This document shows positions 13,500 to 26,900 of a stretch of DNA of 64,000 bases, in pieces. The notes beneath the pieces were generated by a model. It did not search any database, was not told where the DNA came from, and saw only the letters and a program-made list of their open reading frames with translations. Position 1 is the stretch's first letter; the number at the start of each line of letters is the position of its first letter. Location of the stretch: assembly GCA_964016885.1 (NCBI GenBank), contig OZ024742.1, forward strand, positions 77,376,001-77,440,000, read 5' to 3'. The DNA is from Eledone cirrhosa (taxonomy: Eukaryota). Made by a program: the position numbers and the translations under genes.

Positions 13500-14690
13500 C
13501 GTCTGAGACATGTATCTTAAACGTTTTAGAGACGTGTCTAAGATGTACTCCCTCATTGCACCTTCTCGCACACCTCGCTTATGAGACACGTAGCACACAC
13601 ATGGCTACTGACAAACGGATCACCTCCGCCACAAGTGTCTAACAAAGGGACCCATCCGGCTCGCCTTCTTTTTGCGCTGGCTGTCGATGACATCACTCAC
13701 TCAGTCCGCTCATCCTTCAATGTCTGGTGGTTGGACGACGAGACTCTGGGAGGCTCGGTTGAGTGTGTCGCTAAGGAGCATCAGTAGATTATCCCTGCCC
13801 TAAGGCACACAGGACTGGATATCAATCAGTCTACGTCTGAGGTACTTAATGTGAGATATGGCAAAGTAGAGTACCAAGACGCCGTACTACGAATCGAAAC
13901 GATCCTGTACAAACTAGGGTCCAGGCCGATGCCGAAGGACACTGTCTGCATTCTAGGCCCTCTAATTATCCCGAAAGCCATACGTGAGTGCCTGGAGATC
14001 AAGCAGGCAGACCTGAAAAGGATGACATATAGATTACGCCTTATCGACGCGCATCCAGTACTCTTCCTACCGAAGAACTGCTTCACTATACCCAAACTCT
14101 GTTTCACGCTAATCGGTGCAACCTGCCAATCTCTGGCTAGAAATTGGCGAAACACCCTGTGATATTCTGCTGCCTACGCCTCCGATACACACGTGACTTG
14201 GCACTGCCGGGCTACCTCTTCAATTTCCTTCAGTTGCAACTTAATCAACGAGATCCTCAGCAAGATAACACAGCCTGACACAAACAGGAGTCAGCCATAT
14301 GTGATTGAATCAGCAAAGGCATTTCAGCTCCCCAGTAAACCGATGTCCAACGTAACTATATGAGGTCAAGTGCAAGTCCACCTTGAGGCGAATCGAGTTT
14401 TTTTGTTGGAAAAACAGAATCTCGGCTGCCTACGCTTAACCTCAAAACCAATGTCTGGTGCTTGGCTCAATTCGGTGCCTTCCTCATCAACCGGTAGCCT
14501 TCATAGTTGGGAGAGCATCCACATTCATGTAGCACAACACTTCAACCCCCACGTGTCAGAGACACACAGATGCCTTTGTGGAGCGGTGGTCGACGAATTC
14601 GTACTGCAGCTGTTATCTTATCGGTTTAGTACAAGCCGTCTCTGCTGGCACGCCGCTCTGATCATCATTTGAAAGAGCCTCGATGTGCTA
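13500..14690 (+). mobile_element. CRE-like RLE non-LTR element, RT to zinc-finger part, inverted relative to 12900-13430
   Basis: Degenerate QGDP motif, LLFALAVDD, NVWWLDDETLGG (YLDD), SGAWLNSVPSSSTG and HRCLCGAVVD..HAAL. Confidence 0.78.
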
Positions 14691-14889
14691 AATACTTAAT
14701 GGGACATTAGTGAATGTTTACTTTAGATGAAGCACTTCGTTTTTCATACTATTAAAACTTAATTATTTTCTTATTGGACGGAAGTGAAGACTACTTGGTT
14801 GTAGTAATGATGCGAAATGCATAAATCATCCTCAACTAGCTGTACGCTGACATAATTATCGCGAATATATAACATATAACGTACTCAGC

Positions 14890-15040
14890 AAATTCTGAGA
14901 TCGTTAGAATATGGGCTAGAATGTTTGGCAGTATTTGTCCCGGCTCTCTGCTCGCGCTGAGTCAAATCTCGCTATGGTCAACTTACCTTTCACCCTTTCG
15001 AGGTCAATAAAATGTACCAGTCAAGTAATGAAGTCGATTC
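14890..15040 (+). mobile_element. Degenerate SINE copy
   Basis: CTGAGTCAAATCTCGC..TTTCACCCTTTCGAGGTCAATAAAATGTACCAG matches the SINE at 27687. Confidence 0.65.
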
Positions 15041-15594
15041 TTCCTCCGTAGCTCTTTCTCACATCATCGCTCTCACTTTCTATCCTTCTGTTAAAGAAAT
15101 CTGCTGTATCCAGACCTGGAGAGGAGATGGACTCTGACAGATTTAAATGTGTCCTAGAAACGCCGTATATTAATAGAGCGCCCCTACGACACCTTTAAGT
15201 GTTACAGGGTAAAGTACAGGAATGTACTGCCATATACACCTGCATGTCTGTTATTTACAAGTCTGCTTGATCAGTATAGTTGTGGGAGCAAAAAATAAAA
15301 TTTAAAAAAGAAATTGCAGTTTTGCAAGAGAACAAATTGGTATTGACATTCTAGAAACAACGGAATCTCTATGATATTACTTTAAATGGGTTAATTCGAT
15401 AATCTAGTTTGAAATATATTATTCGTCTATTGTTCTGCATTTTCCTGTATAGCTGTAGGGGTGCCGTTTTGACATACGTCTTTTCTTGGGCATTTTAAGC
15501 TTGGCGACGCCCATCCTTCTACGAGCCTAAACACAACATATGCCTTGCAGAGAAGGATCGGAAGAAAGAGAGGGTAAATTATAAAGATATATAG

Positions 15595-15742
15595 AGGAAG
15601 AATCGATGCTTATACCACACAGGTACATTTTTTATCGACCTCAAACTTATGAAAGAAAAGTGAACTCAAAGAGCAGAGATCCGGAACGAATAGCGCAAAA
15701 AAGTATATTTGACGTTCTAACGACTCTGGTAATTTGCCGCCT
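15595..15742 (-). mobile_element. Degenerate SINE copy
   Basis: The reverse complement has a GGCGGCAAATTACCAGAGTCGTTAGAACGTC head and GGTCGATAAAAAATGTACC. Confidence 0.6.
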
Positions 15743-17933
15743 TAACTGAAAAAACGCCTTATTGAAAAACGAAATGTACCTTGGACAGATTTCTTTATTT
15801 CGGTTTCAAATTCTGACTAAACGATAATAGCAATATAGCCACACTAAAACAATATAATCAAGTGGATGCATTGAAATAACTTAACTAGACTATTGTCTCC
15901 TTTACGCCACTATACTACAGTACACCATGATATACTTCATTTAGGCAGTACGATTCTAGACGTCGTGGCTTTCAGGAACTATTTAATTTTAGTAGGCAAG
16001 AGGCTGGAGAACAGAAATTAGGAAATGTATTATTTCAAAATCAGAATATGTATAGTTCGTATTGGCACTCTTCTGAATTCTCTTCGGGGTTTCTGAATAC
16101 GCAACTATTGTTTGTCCATCCCATGTCTTCCAGAACATGTCGCAGGTCAATTGCCAGTTCTCATAGCGTTGGATAAAGATTGCAATATATTTATGTTACC
16201 TCCCGTGAAAGTTGATGCGGTATGAACGGTGTTTAATTACATCTAAACATATTATAGATGTTGTTGGTCTTATTTGCGGCCAGTCAATATGTTGGTACTT
16301 TTCACTGATTCACAATGACTAGGCTTTCTTTAGTCCTTAGGCGTCTCATCGTAGTGATATTACAGGGTTGTGAGAGCTTTGCAATCGAGGATAGTAAGGC
16401 CAAATTATCTTTCTTTCTGAAATATGCACAACGAAGTAGGTAATTATTATAAAATTATTTCATTGAGGCACATAGTTGATGTCTGGTCAAGAATTTCAAT
16501 AAACAAAAATACGTATAACGACGTGGTGTTGCCACAAGTGCATTTATAAGTGCACAACTAAATTTAACCAACACAACGTTAGAGAAAATATCTTGAATGA
16601 TAAATCGTCAACACTGTTGAGGATAAGAAATCGTTGTAACAACAGCAAAAGTAAGAATTTTGCAATGTTAAATCAGTACTAAGAAACACAATTACACAAG
16701 CAAACACTTACCCTATTTCAACAAAAGCTCACTATACCATTACTTCCAGCACCAACGTTGGTACGCACTGCGCATCACAAACATTTCAGAAAACAGCCAC
16801 TAGCAACAGTAACGAAAGACATGGCGAAAATGATGTTAAACTAAAAATGCTAAAATAAATAAAAACACCGTAATTAACAACATCAGAACAGCTACAAGCT
16901 AGTACAAAATCTACTACCAGTACCGTCTTAAACAAGTGAACGAAAATGTATAAAATAACTCCAGTATTATTTATTCACAGCAGTAGTAGCAAACGCAACA
17001 TAAGCAGCAACATGATTAACAGCGGCAACAACAGCTAAAATATCGATTTTGTTGGTTGTTGTCAAAGCAAAAGTTAGTTCAACATTGGTGTGCAAATATT
17101 TCGCTTGAACGCGCTCGTTTGAATTCTTTGATTATCTTACCGTCTAATGAACATCATCTTCCACATCATATGTATTCTACGCCGACCATCTTTTAGAGAT
17201 TCCATTGTATCGATTCGATTCAATCCTGTGACATCTTAGGTAACCTTGTATGTGTGAGTTTGAGATTCGAGAAGAGGAGAAATGTAAATATTACTGTCCA
17301 CATGTGTAGCTTAATTTATATCACTATTTATTTATCCATCTATTTATGAAACACATTTTTTGCTTCATTATTTCTTTGTTGCTTTCCTTCTTTCTTTCTC
17401 TCTTTCCATCCAACCGTGAGACTTGAACATACCTACAATATACAGTTTCACCGTGCAATGCATTAGAATAAAATGTCAGTCGCCGAATGTTACCTCTATT
17501 TAAGACGAACCAATCAGTCATTAAATTTATGAAAGCGATAGAAAGCTTTGAATTTGTAAAAGAAGGCGCTGTACAAATTTTCTCCGTCTCCATGCTTTAT
17601 ATACCAAACCTTTTCATAGTGAAAAAACATTGAAGCTTCTCTCCCAACCTCTCATCCACCTCGTTTATCTCTCTCTCTTCATCACCGCTCTCTCTTTCTC
17701 TCTCTCTCTCTTTATTTCTATCTCTCTCTCTCTATGTATATATATATATATATAGAGAGAGAGAGATAGAGAAAGGGAGAGAGAGAGCAAGTGAGAAAGA
17801 GTGAGAAAGGGAGAGATGGATAGATAGATATAGCGTTGTTTTATAGAGAAATGATTTCTATAGGACAAGATATGTTTAATTCGTTTGTGCTAATGATTTC
17901 GTCAGACATTCAATCATCTGGCAGGAAGGTATA

Positions 17934-17974
17934 CGATGCTGACGATAGCTAATAAGCTTCAAACTAGTACATCG
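17934..17974 (+). ncRNA. Minimal type I hammerhead ribozyme, one core mutation
   Basis: CGATG-CTGACGA-tAGCTaataAGCTt-CAAA(for GAAA)-CTAG-TA-CATCG. Same family as the intact copy at 33491. Confidence 0.75.
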
Positions 17975-18128
17975 TTCCTTTGTCAGTGTTGAAACAAACC
18001 GAACATTATAATAAATGCTCGGTAAACCGATACGTACATATATATATATATGTATGTACATGTATGTGTATATATACATACTACTGTATGTCTGTATACA
18101 TATATGTATGTACGTATGCATACATACT

Positions 18129-18185
<57 letters not shown>

Positions 18186-18539
18186 TTTTAACTGATGGAT
18201 TGTAGCCTACCCAGATCTTTATCTGAATCATGGTTTAATTTTAGTGAAACCCTGGATTCTATTATTTTACTCTAAGCACTCCGCATGATATATAGCTCCC
18301 TAGGTATATTGTCCTATAGGTGTAATGCATTTGACTGAAATTCAGTGGAATCCGGGTCAACCTGTCCCGGCTCAGGCGATGTTCTTGCCTAGGGTGACGT
18401 GCAGTGTCGGCTATGCATCAAGGGTTATTTCGGTTTACCCCACGGGGCATATATAGTCACCATGGTATGGTGCCTGATCCCTTGAACCCGTTTCGCCACT
18501 CTGGTCGGCGCACGCTCCGCCGCATGCCTTTAGCCTGTG

Positions 18540-19020
18540 CTTCCCGGTGGATTCCATGCGGAGAGTGTGCTCCTTCCTGGTTCTGCACGTCATGATTATT
18601 TCCCATTTCTGGTTGACCGCATAATCCTTCAGTCTGACTATCTCCATGGCCTCCTATAGGCATAGCCTACACTTTCTGTTTCCATATGAGTATGCGTGCC
18701 GAACAATACTCCAGTCGAGGGCATACAGGGTGCCTTTGTCTTTCAAGTCCCACACCAGGTCCGCCAGCCTAGTAGAGTGCCTCTTACTCCAGTCCTTGAA
18801 AGAGTCCGTGTGGTTATACATCCGCGATTTAAAGGTCGTGGATGTTGCACCGATGTAGGTGCGCTTTATATTGTGCGTGCTAACCCCACATTTATATACC
18901 AGGCCCTTCGCCAGGCATCTTCTCTGCAGGAGGCACTGCGTGCCCGCTCCGCATTTCCACGGTCTCTCGTTATATTATTCATTTCGGACGCTTGGCCCTT
19001 CATCTGCTAGGGCCCTCTCC
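18540..19020 (-). mobile_element. Penelope-like element GIY-YIG endonuclease fragment (Hydra-like)
   Basis: Translates RCLAKGLVYKCGV..RTYIGATSTTFKSRMYNHTDSF..STRLADLVWDLK..LDWSIV..CRLCL*E. Paralogous to the EN at 40425-40920. The region is bounded by (TA)n at 18130-18180 and 19029-19060. Confidence 0.85.
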
Positions 19021-19024
19021 CTAT

Positions 19025-19064
<40 letters not shown>

Positions 19065-19475
19065 CACGAGCTTCGAATATGCTGTACTTTCATTTGTATT
19101 ACTATCTCCTAGACCTAATGATTAATTGATTAATTTAATTGGACAATTCCATTGATTTGTTAATTATTTATGTTTGTTTAATAACGGTCTGGTTGAGTGT
19201 TTAATTCAGTTTGTGTATAGAACTTTTTTCCATTGCTCATAATTTCAATTCGACCGCGATAAACCGGGGTTAGCTCCCTTGGAGTAACATGTGCCATCAC
19301 AACCGGATTTGTATCAGAACGAAAGCCTGTTGAGAAAATAAATCCACTGTCCGATCTTCCAGAAACGTAACCTGTATACACTACAAGCGGATTTTGTTGA
19401 TTTCGGATTTACAGAAACCTAACTGAGATATTTAATAATTTCGAAGTTATGGTCCAGGTTTCTTATATATATATA

Positions 19476-19525
<50 letters not shown>

Positions 19526-19734
19526 ATATGTGTATGTATTTTTTCTCGCGATTCAGTTCTTTCATAGCTACAGACCACGCGGCTGAATTACCGGTCGCTA
19601 ACTTCAATTTGCAAAGCCTTTAAATTGTATGCTATTACTCTGAGATTTATACCTTGTCGAATGCTTGGCTGCACTGCTGAAGGCTTTCGTCGGCTTAGCT
19701 GCGGCTCGAGCTTCGAATATGCTGTATTTTCATT

Positions 19735-19768
<34 letters not shown>

Positions 19769-21649
19769 TATATATAAGCCGACGAATGCCTTCAGCAGTG
19801 CAGCCAAGTTAAAAAGTTACATCAAATTTAATGTATATATATATACATTACACGTTTCAGGTGAATATGCTGTGTTGCGTCACTATGGAAATGTATTGCA
19901 GATAGGGATGCACCTTTATCTGCGTTGCCAAAAATCATATTGAAGGAGTTCTTTAGAGGCACTAATATTCTTATCTAATATTTCAGCTTCATAGAATCAA
20001 TGAGGTTTGGTAGTGTTCTTCACATTCTCAGTGAAATAGCGAGATGTATGTAATAATAGCTGTTTTAATATTTAGAATGGTATCATAATCGTTAAACAGC
20101 CCTTAATTTACATGACACGTTAAATATTCGTGTTAAAGTGAATTCTTACCTTCCATATTTAGTTATCAGTTTTATTGTAAATTTCTCTTAACCCCTCTAG
20201 AGTATAGTTTTATTTGTTTAGAGCAACAATAGTTGGTGCCATTTTGGTTTAAAATATTTCAATAAAATATGAATCATGAGACATATTGCCGTACTGAATA
20301 TCAGGACGATTTATTTTTTCATACTTCTATTCCATTTTTCTATATTGGATTACATAGAAAATCGAATTTGCTTACATCTTTATCTGTGAATGCACTTAGA
20401 CCCAACCTCAAAATGACAGATTAATGTCATATATTGAATATCAATCGCATCTTATTTGAATACATATGCCTAAATACTTGTGCTTGTATTTAGCCGGTAG
20501 ATTATTCTGTGGTAGATAGGTCTGAAGACAGATCGAGGAAATAACGTACATGAAGCAAAACAAATACTAATATGCATTTAACTGCATACCATTTCGATAA
20601 TTCTACTGACCAGTATAGCGAGGTAGCAAAGCAATCAAACAGTATAAGGTAAAACCAAATAGATTGTTGTTTAAGTGATATTGAATGTATTGAACATTAC
20701 AAGAGAGCATTACAATTTTCTTAATGATTTTTTTTAATATTTAAAATTGTACTAATGACATTATTCTCGCGAGAATGTATAACTTAAGAAAATGAATTTT
20801 ATTTTCTATTATTGAAGTTAATGCTCCTAAAATTAGTTTCGTATCAATAAATTTTTAAAATGTCATAAACAACCTAAAAGCATGAATTCACTAATGGACA
20901 TTTTAATGGGAATTATATTTAAGAAAGAAAAAAATTCTTCACATATCTAGGCAAAGTATTTTAATTGAATTTTACGTTCCCAATATCTGGCGAAGACACG
21001 GAATATAGATGAGAGAAAAAACAACGTAAATGTAAAACAAATAGTTAATAAAAACATAACGGAGAAAGTAACACATTTACATACATCGTACTGAGAAAAA
21101 TATAATGGAATAGAGCAATATTTTCTGCTATTGTATTGTAAATATTTCTACAGTTACGTATACATCCTCATAACTGTGAAATGTTACTAAGCACATATAT
21201 ATATACACACATACATATATATATACGCACATACATATACGATAATTAGATATTCATTTCCACATACGCAACCCCTCTTCCCCAACACATATATATATGT
21301 GTGTGTATTCAAAAAGTAAATGGAAACAGCAGACCAAACAACACAGTACACTGAAGAATGTGTATATATATATATATGTGTGTGTGTGTGTGAGAGAGAG
21401 AGACTGTGTGTATGTGTGTGTGTGTTTATGTGTTTAGGTGAGGATGTGTATGTTTCCACGTGATTCTGTTTGTTGGTATATGTTCCAGTATTTCTAAGTA
21501 CGTATTTCTAAGTACATATTTGCGTGTAACCTTGATTGAAATATTGAGTAGGATCTTCGTGGAAATATTAACAATTACTCTTAAAATTATATGTACTAAA
21601 ATAAAAAGGAAACAAGAAATAACAACAACGACAGAAAAAGATAACAATA

Positions 21650-21852
21650 ATAATAGTTCCTACTATAGGCACAAGGTCAGTAATTTTCGGAGAGTGGATA
21701 GTCGATTAAATCGACCCCATACTTTATTTTATCGAACCGGTAAGGATGAAAGACAAAGCTAACCCCGGCGGGATTTGAACTCGGCATGTAAAGGACCACG
21801 ACTCTATGATGCAAATCATGGTGTCCGACACTCTATTTATTCTGCCAATCAA
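21650..21852 (-). mobile_element. tRNA-derived SINE copy
   Basis: Reverse complement GATTGGCAGAAT..GAGTTCAAATCCCGCCG..CTTTCATCCTTAC..TTCGATAAAATAAAG..CCTTGTGCCTATAGTAGG. Confidence 0.85.
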
Positions 21853-22199
21853 TGACAATCTTGATTATATTGTAATTAACATCACTCCATGTGTGCTGCG
21901 ATATATAGATATAATCCTTAAGAAGACTAAGTTTGGGGTTGACCATGCATAACAGCCGAAAGCAATGAAAATCGACAATATATGAAATACATATTTGGTG
22001 CATGATGAAAGGAACTTCTTACAAACATTATCGAAAATCTGAAGTGAGCTATTATTTATCATTTAATAAATAGTAATGTAATATTTCTAAAGTAGAAATG
22101 AGTCTAGAAAAGCGAAAAGAAAATGTAGATTAAAAGGAAAAAAGTTTAACAGAAGGGTATATTAAGGGTATATTAGTGTTAGTTATTGTTTTACTGCGT

Positions 22200-23310
22200 T
22201 TGTGTTGTTCTTGCGTAATTTCGTTTTTATTGTGGGTAGAAGAGTTTGTGCCAGCGATTTTTCTCGATGGTGCTGTTGCAGGTATGTCTGTATTTCGTGA
22301 GGGCGTGAGTTTGTGTTTTCTGCGTTTTTTCTTTTTTTCTTAATGCAAGATAAAATGTCTTTCTTTGAAAGTTTCTGTGTCTTGATTTTTGGATCGGGAT
22401 TGCCTTCAGTTTTTCGCTACGAGGTGTGTAAGTTCCCGTTTCTGATGAATAGTGGAAATGCATTTGGTTAAGTGCCTATGTGTATGTTTGAAAGAGGAGA
22501 GAGAGTCATAGGAAGACAGAGAGAGAAAGAGACACATAGAGAAAGAGATAGATAGAGGGAGAATGAGAGAGTGAAGAGTGAGTGCGAGCTATGTTGAAAG
22601 ATCTATGGTATGGTTTTGTTGAATTTTTGTTGATTTACATTTGTTGTCCTTGTTCTTGTTGGTGCTGTTGGTGGTGTGAATGGTCTTAGATCTGTTTAAG
22701 CTGCTCCTGTTGGTGCTACTGTCAGCGCTGCTTTTTCTTTACCGTTTTTCTCCCTATATAGGAAGGAAAAAGATTAGGGACCACCGAAGGGCGAATGGCT
22801 AGTCATTCACATTTAATATCACAATGTTGACCCCTAAGTCTCTTTCGCTTTTAGTGTTGTCTGTTTTCTGTTTTTCTTTTTTTTTTCTTACAATCGCAGT
22901 GATACACACGACAGGACAACTAATGGAGCCCCTGACCATTCCAAATTCAGCTTGTTGAAGTTATTTGTTTTGTTTGGGCGACCAATTGGGTGGATTTGGT
23001 GTTCCTTGCTAGTATTGCTGCTGCTTCTGCTGTTGCTAGTAGTGGTGCTGCTATTTCTATGGCCGTTGTTGCCGGGGATGGCGTTGCGTGTTGTGGATTG
23101 TTTCGTCCTGTCACTGATGTTTACAGCAACGAATGCTTGCAACCCCTGCATGTTTTAGCTGTGAGCAAACGGCTTGCTGATGTGTTGCTTCACTGATGAC
23201 GAAAGTGTGTGGCCTTCTGTCCTCAGTGACCAGTTGTATGGTGGACCCATCTTGTAGGCGCACATAATCCGGGATGTTTTTCAGTTTGTCTGCTTTGATT
23301 TAGAGAAGAG
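22200..23310 (-). mobile_element. Tx1 ORF1 relic
   Basis: 23160-23295 translates ADKLKNIPDYVRLQDGSTIQLVTEDRRPHTFVISEATHQQAVC, which aligns with ORF1 ADQKSIEEIPEVIELTDDSHLTVIVEGRRPRCVVCGEGTHLRAFC. A similar T/A-rich low-complexity segment follows. Confidence 0.6.
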
Positions 23311-23479
23311 TATCCAAATACTGCCAATCCACCGCCTTAATAATAAAAGGATAGAATGGTCTAAATTACCTTGCTAAGCATAGGGCATATAAGTTACACG
23401 GAAACATTATATATATATATGTATATATATATAAAATGTGAAGTAGTTTAAGATGTTAAAGTCCTTTAATGATAATGAG

Positions 23480-23711
23480 GTGATACATATTTCAATAACG
23501 ACAGTGGCCACACTCTTCGGCGTACCCAGTGCCATGACTTCATCAGACAGCTTCTTACATGTTAAGGTTATGTTACTAAGGCAATCCAAATGTAATCGAC
23601 AAGGGAACGCACAAAGCGAGTGTTCTTGAATCCTCGGGAACATAACCTTATTATGTAAGAAGTTGTCTGATGATGTCACGGCACTGGGTACACCGAAGAG
23701 TGTGGCCACTG
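23480..23711. repeat. Inverted repeat (arms ~23502-23575 and 23639-23711) containing a degenerate long-stem-II hammerhead (minus, 23480-23550)
   Basis: Minus strand CTGATGA-AGTCATGGCA...TGTCGTTATT-GAAA-TATG-TA. Stem I is decayed. TA-rich flanks. Confidence 0.55.
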
Positions 23712-24331
23712 AATAGTGTGGCCACTGTCGTGCTTCCACATAGATATAGATATATACATGAACATGCATATGCATAGATATTTATATAAACACATATACA
23801 CACATGCATCTACGTATATATACACATACACATACCCATATATTCATACACGTGCACTTGTGCACAAATGTTCACACCAACATACACATATATACTGATA
23901 TCACAAGCATACACACGCACACGAATGCACGTACATACCCATCTATGCACGTACCCATACAGATAAAAAATTGCTAGTGGGGGTGGATAAACAAGGACGA
24001 CAAATACATCGGGTCAAAAGGGGGTCCGTTGTGTGAAGAAGCTAGAGGAGTGGGATCGGAGAAGGATGTGTCAAGTGTATCCGTTTTACTTTTCTGGAAG
24101 CAACATTTGTTTATAGACTCTAAAATTAACGTAGGTTTTGTATACGCAGTTGGGGCAGAGTTAGGTGTGTTTGTTTAGGATGGGGCCATTGGTAAATAAA
24201 ATCTCATAGTTATCAGAGTTACATAAATAACAGCTCTCATGTCACCCTGTCTATGAGCGCGCCTTATGGAGAGTTTTCTAACTGAGTGGTAAGTGAATGT
24301 ATTTCTTCTTAATGTCCCACAAATAGCTTTG

Positions 24332-24374
<43 letters not shown>

Positions 24375-24387
24375 TATATAAATATAA

Positions 24388-24670
24388 AATAAATAAGTCA
24401 AACATGTTAAATTTGGCTTTGTTTATTATAAATTATCTGTTATATATACGTCAGTGACAGCTATTATTGACTGTGACCACATCAGGCAGTACGAATCAAT
24501 GTAGAAAAAACAGGAAACATATATATAGCAGATAATTTATAATATAAGAACCCAAATTTAACATGTTTGACTTACTTATTTTACATTACTCCGGAGTAAA
24601 CAAACCAACCTGCGTACTTCGTCGAGTGCTCCAATCTGAGGTGTCGGTAAACAACCAACATATACTCAAA

Positions 24671-24675
<5 letters not shown>
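24388..24675. mobile_element. PLE pseudo-LTR fold-back module with a decayed hammerhead (family of 30365-31001)
   Basis: Inverted arms 24390-24447 and ~24518-24575. Minus strand CTGC-CTGATGT-GGTCACAG..CTGTCACT-GACG-TATATA-TA. The tail TTACTCCGGAGTAAACAAACCAACCTGCG is shared with 30365-30470. (TA)n on both sides. Confidence 0.7.
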
Positions 24676-24726
<51 letters not shown>

Positions 24727-24770
24727 AATGACAGAAGGCTGGATTTGTGTAAATCCTTGAAAGGTTTATT

Positions 24771-24828
24771 ATACTATGATCATTTCAATGACCGGATTCC
24801 GTTTGATTCCGGTGATATCATCAGTTAT
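24771..24828 (-). ncRNA. Type I hammerhead ribozyme (one stem I mismatch)
   Basis: ATAA-CTGATGA-TATCACCGG..CCGGTCATT-GAAA-TGATCA-TA-GTAT followed by AATAAA. Same family as 31728. Confidence 0.8.
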
Positions 24829-25228
24829 TCGAAATATAATAAACGAATGTAATAGATAAAATCCATGGGGCTGAAAATCAAAGACCGGAGAACGACCGAC
24901 CATCTAGCATCTTCCACTTTAGCCGGTCGCGCTTTACGTTGAGTACTCTCCATATTATTACACTAAGATTGACCATACGGAATTGACCAGCTCTATCCAG
25001 TGGGAGGGTCATATTGTTGTCTACGCCATCTTTATTCTATCTGTCTGATAGAATAAAAATTGAGGACCGAATGAATTAACTGATATAAAAGATACACAAG
25101 CGAAAAAAAAACAGACAGTGTGTGTGTTCTGTTATTAATTCTGGCAATATTATTACAACAATATAACCCTCCCCAAGTATAACAATATTTGTTTAGACAC
25201 ACGATTTCATATCAAAATCCTCGCAAAG

Positions 25229-25306
<78 letters not shown>

Positions 25307-25320
25307 TATGTGTGTGTATA

Positions 25321-25506
25321 TATTTAATATAGAAAAGCCTTCTACAAGACTAGAACTGTTTCATTCGGGTGAAATCATCATGGCTTCCTGACGATTTCTC
25401 CTGAATGAAAAGCTCTAGTCCTCTAGAATAATTTTTATATTAAATATTTATACTCTGCTGTGTATTGTGTACCTTACTGTAGTTACTCCCAATTGAACCC
25501 GGGATA

Positions 25507-25508
<2 letters not shown>
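25321..25508. mobile_element. Head-to-head hammerhead pair fold-back module with pLTR tail
   Basis: Palindrome centred ~25384. Plus copy TTC-CTGACGA-TTTC..GAAT-GAAA..CTAG..TA-GAA; minus copy core ATGATGA. The tail matches 28380-28460. TA flanks. Confidence 0.75.
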
Positions 25509-25545
<37 letters not shown>

Positions 25546-26149
25546 GATGTATGTACGTGTGCATGTGTGTGTGTGTGTAAAGGGGATATATCAAATCAAA
25601 CAAAACAGTACAATTACGAAACATGTTAAGTTAGCGGTTGTTATATTAGAAAAGAAATATTTAGAATGAGAAGTAAAAAATTAAATAGCAAGATACCGAG
25701 TAAGATGAGCAGGAAAGGCAAACTGTTTTTTAGTAAAGCAGCTGCGTGTTCAGGCACCCATTTTGGAGAAATGCTACAATATACATATATGTGTGTGTGT
25801 TTGTGTGCGCGTGTGTGTGCATGCGTGTGTGTATCTATATATAATATAAATCTATATGTGGTATATCTCTCTACATGTTATACATTTATATATATATGTG
25901 TGTGTGTGGGTGTGGGTGCACGCGCGCGTGTGTGTGTGTGTATATCATGACCAAATAAAGTGTGTTGAATTAAGAATGTTAAAGATGCTTTCCAATTCTC
26001 AGGATTATGAGCAAAAGTGCAAAAAATACATTCTGTCTTTAATGGAGGACAACTGTCATTTATATGCGATGGTGATGGTTATAGTCGTATCTTTTTTTTA
26101 AGCTATTAGAATAACCTCAATTTTAAAATTCCGAATTCCAAAAAATTTA

Positions 26150-26900
26150 AATAAATTCTAGTGTGATTCATCTTTGAAGTGCGTTGTCTTTATTGCTTGA
26201 AGAACCCGTGTCATCCAGCCATTTAACACACTTGGAAATGCACTTTAACGCCTTCCGGAAGTATTTCAGCTCCATCATAAATTTTAAGTCTTACAGTTAT
26301 ACCAGAAATTAATGTGATTCCCATAAATGTTTCGAACAATTTGCCTCGAGAAATGAAGAAGCTATTTATGCACTTATACATCGTTATATTATCTACCTGT
26401 ATATCTCTGCAGGCAACTGGTTCATAACAACTTTCTTATTACTTTTACTTCAATTAAGCTATGAAACGTTACGTTCCTTATACTGGCTATTAAAGAATGC
26501 ACTTGCAACGATATCCCTAGAATCCAGTTGTGCGTTTTACTGAGTAATAATGGATGAAACGTTTATCTTATGTAAGATTTAGAAAGAAATTAGCAGATCA
26601 TAGCGTAAACTAAGCTCTGACTGCATCAAATATTTCTTCAAGGTTAAACATATTTCAGTAGGTAATTGCCACATTTATAACTTGTATTTCAGAATCACCA
26701 ACTAAATACGCAGCGTTTGATTGTTTAAATCATGCTTAATCCAGTGAAACTACCAGGAATGCTTTTCAGAAAAATTTCCGTGCTCGTTTACGAAGGTTGA
26801 GCTATGAGAGAACATTCTTTCGGTAGGATAGTAATAGATACAGAATGAAGTCAATTTTATCAACTATACTTATTACCAACATATATTCAACATAGAAACA
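26150..26900 (-). mobile_element. Highly decayed hAT (Charlie/Buster-type) transposase fossil
   Basis: Fragments QLDSRDIVASAF / LIASIRNV / ESCYEP..MYKCINSFF..GIT..DGA resemble QLDESTD..LLxFVRYV..DIFxxxxxFF..GITTDGA. Many stops. Confidence 0.45.

Noticed and set aside
15850-16430. Possible very old minus-strand RT remnant
   Set aside because: Only vague motif resemblance; not supportable without an HMM search.
23192-23204. CTGATGACGAAA hammerhead-like core
   Set aside because: No stem II or stem I, and it lies inside a Tx1 ORF1 relic; a chance match.
26412-26825. Apparent AG/GT-bounded plus-strand exons, including an IQ-like FQKNFRARLRR
   Set aside because: Stops in the candidate frames; the region is better explained as a minus-strand hAT fossil.
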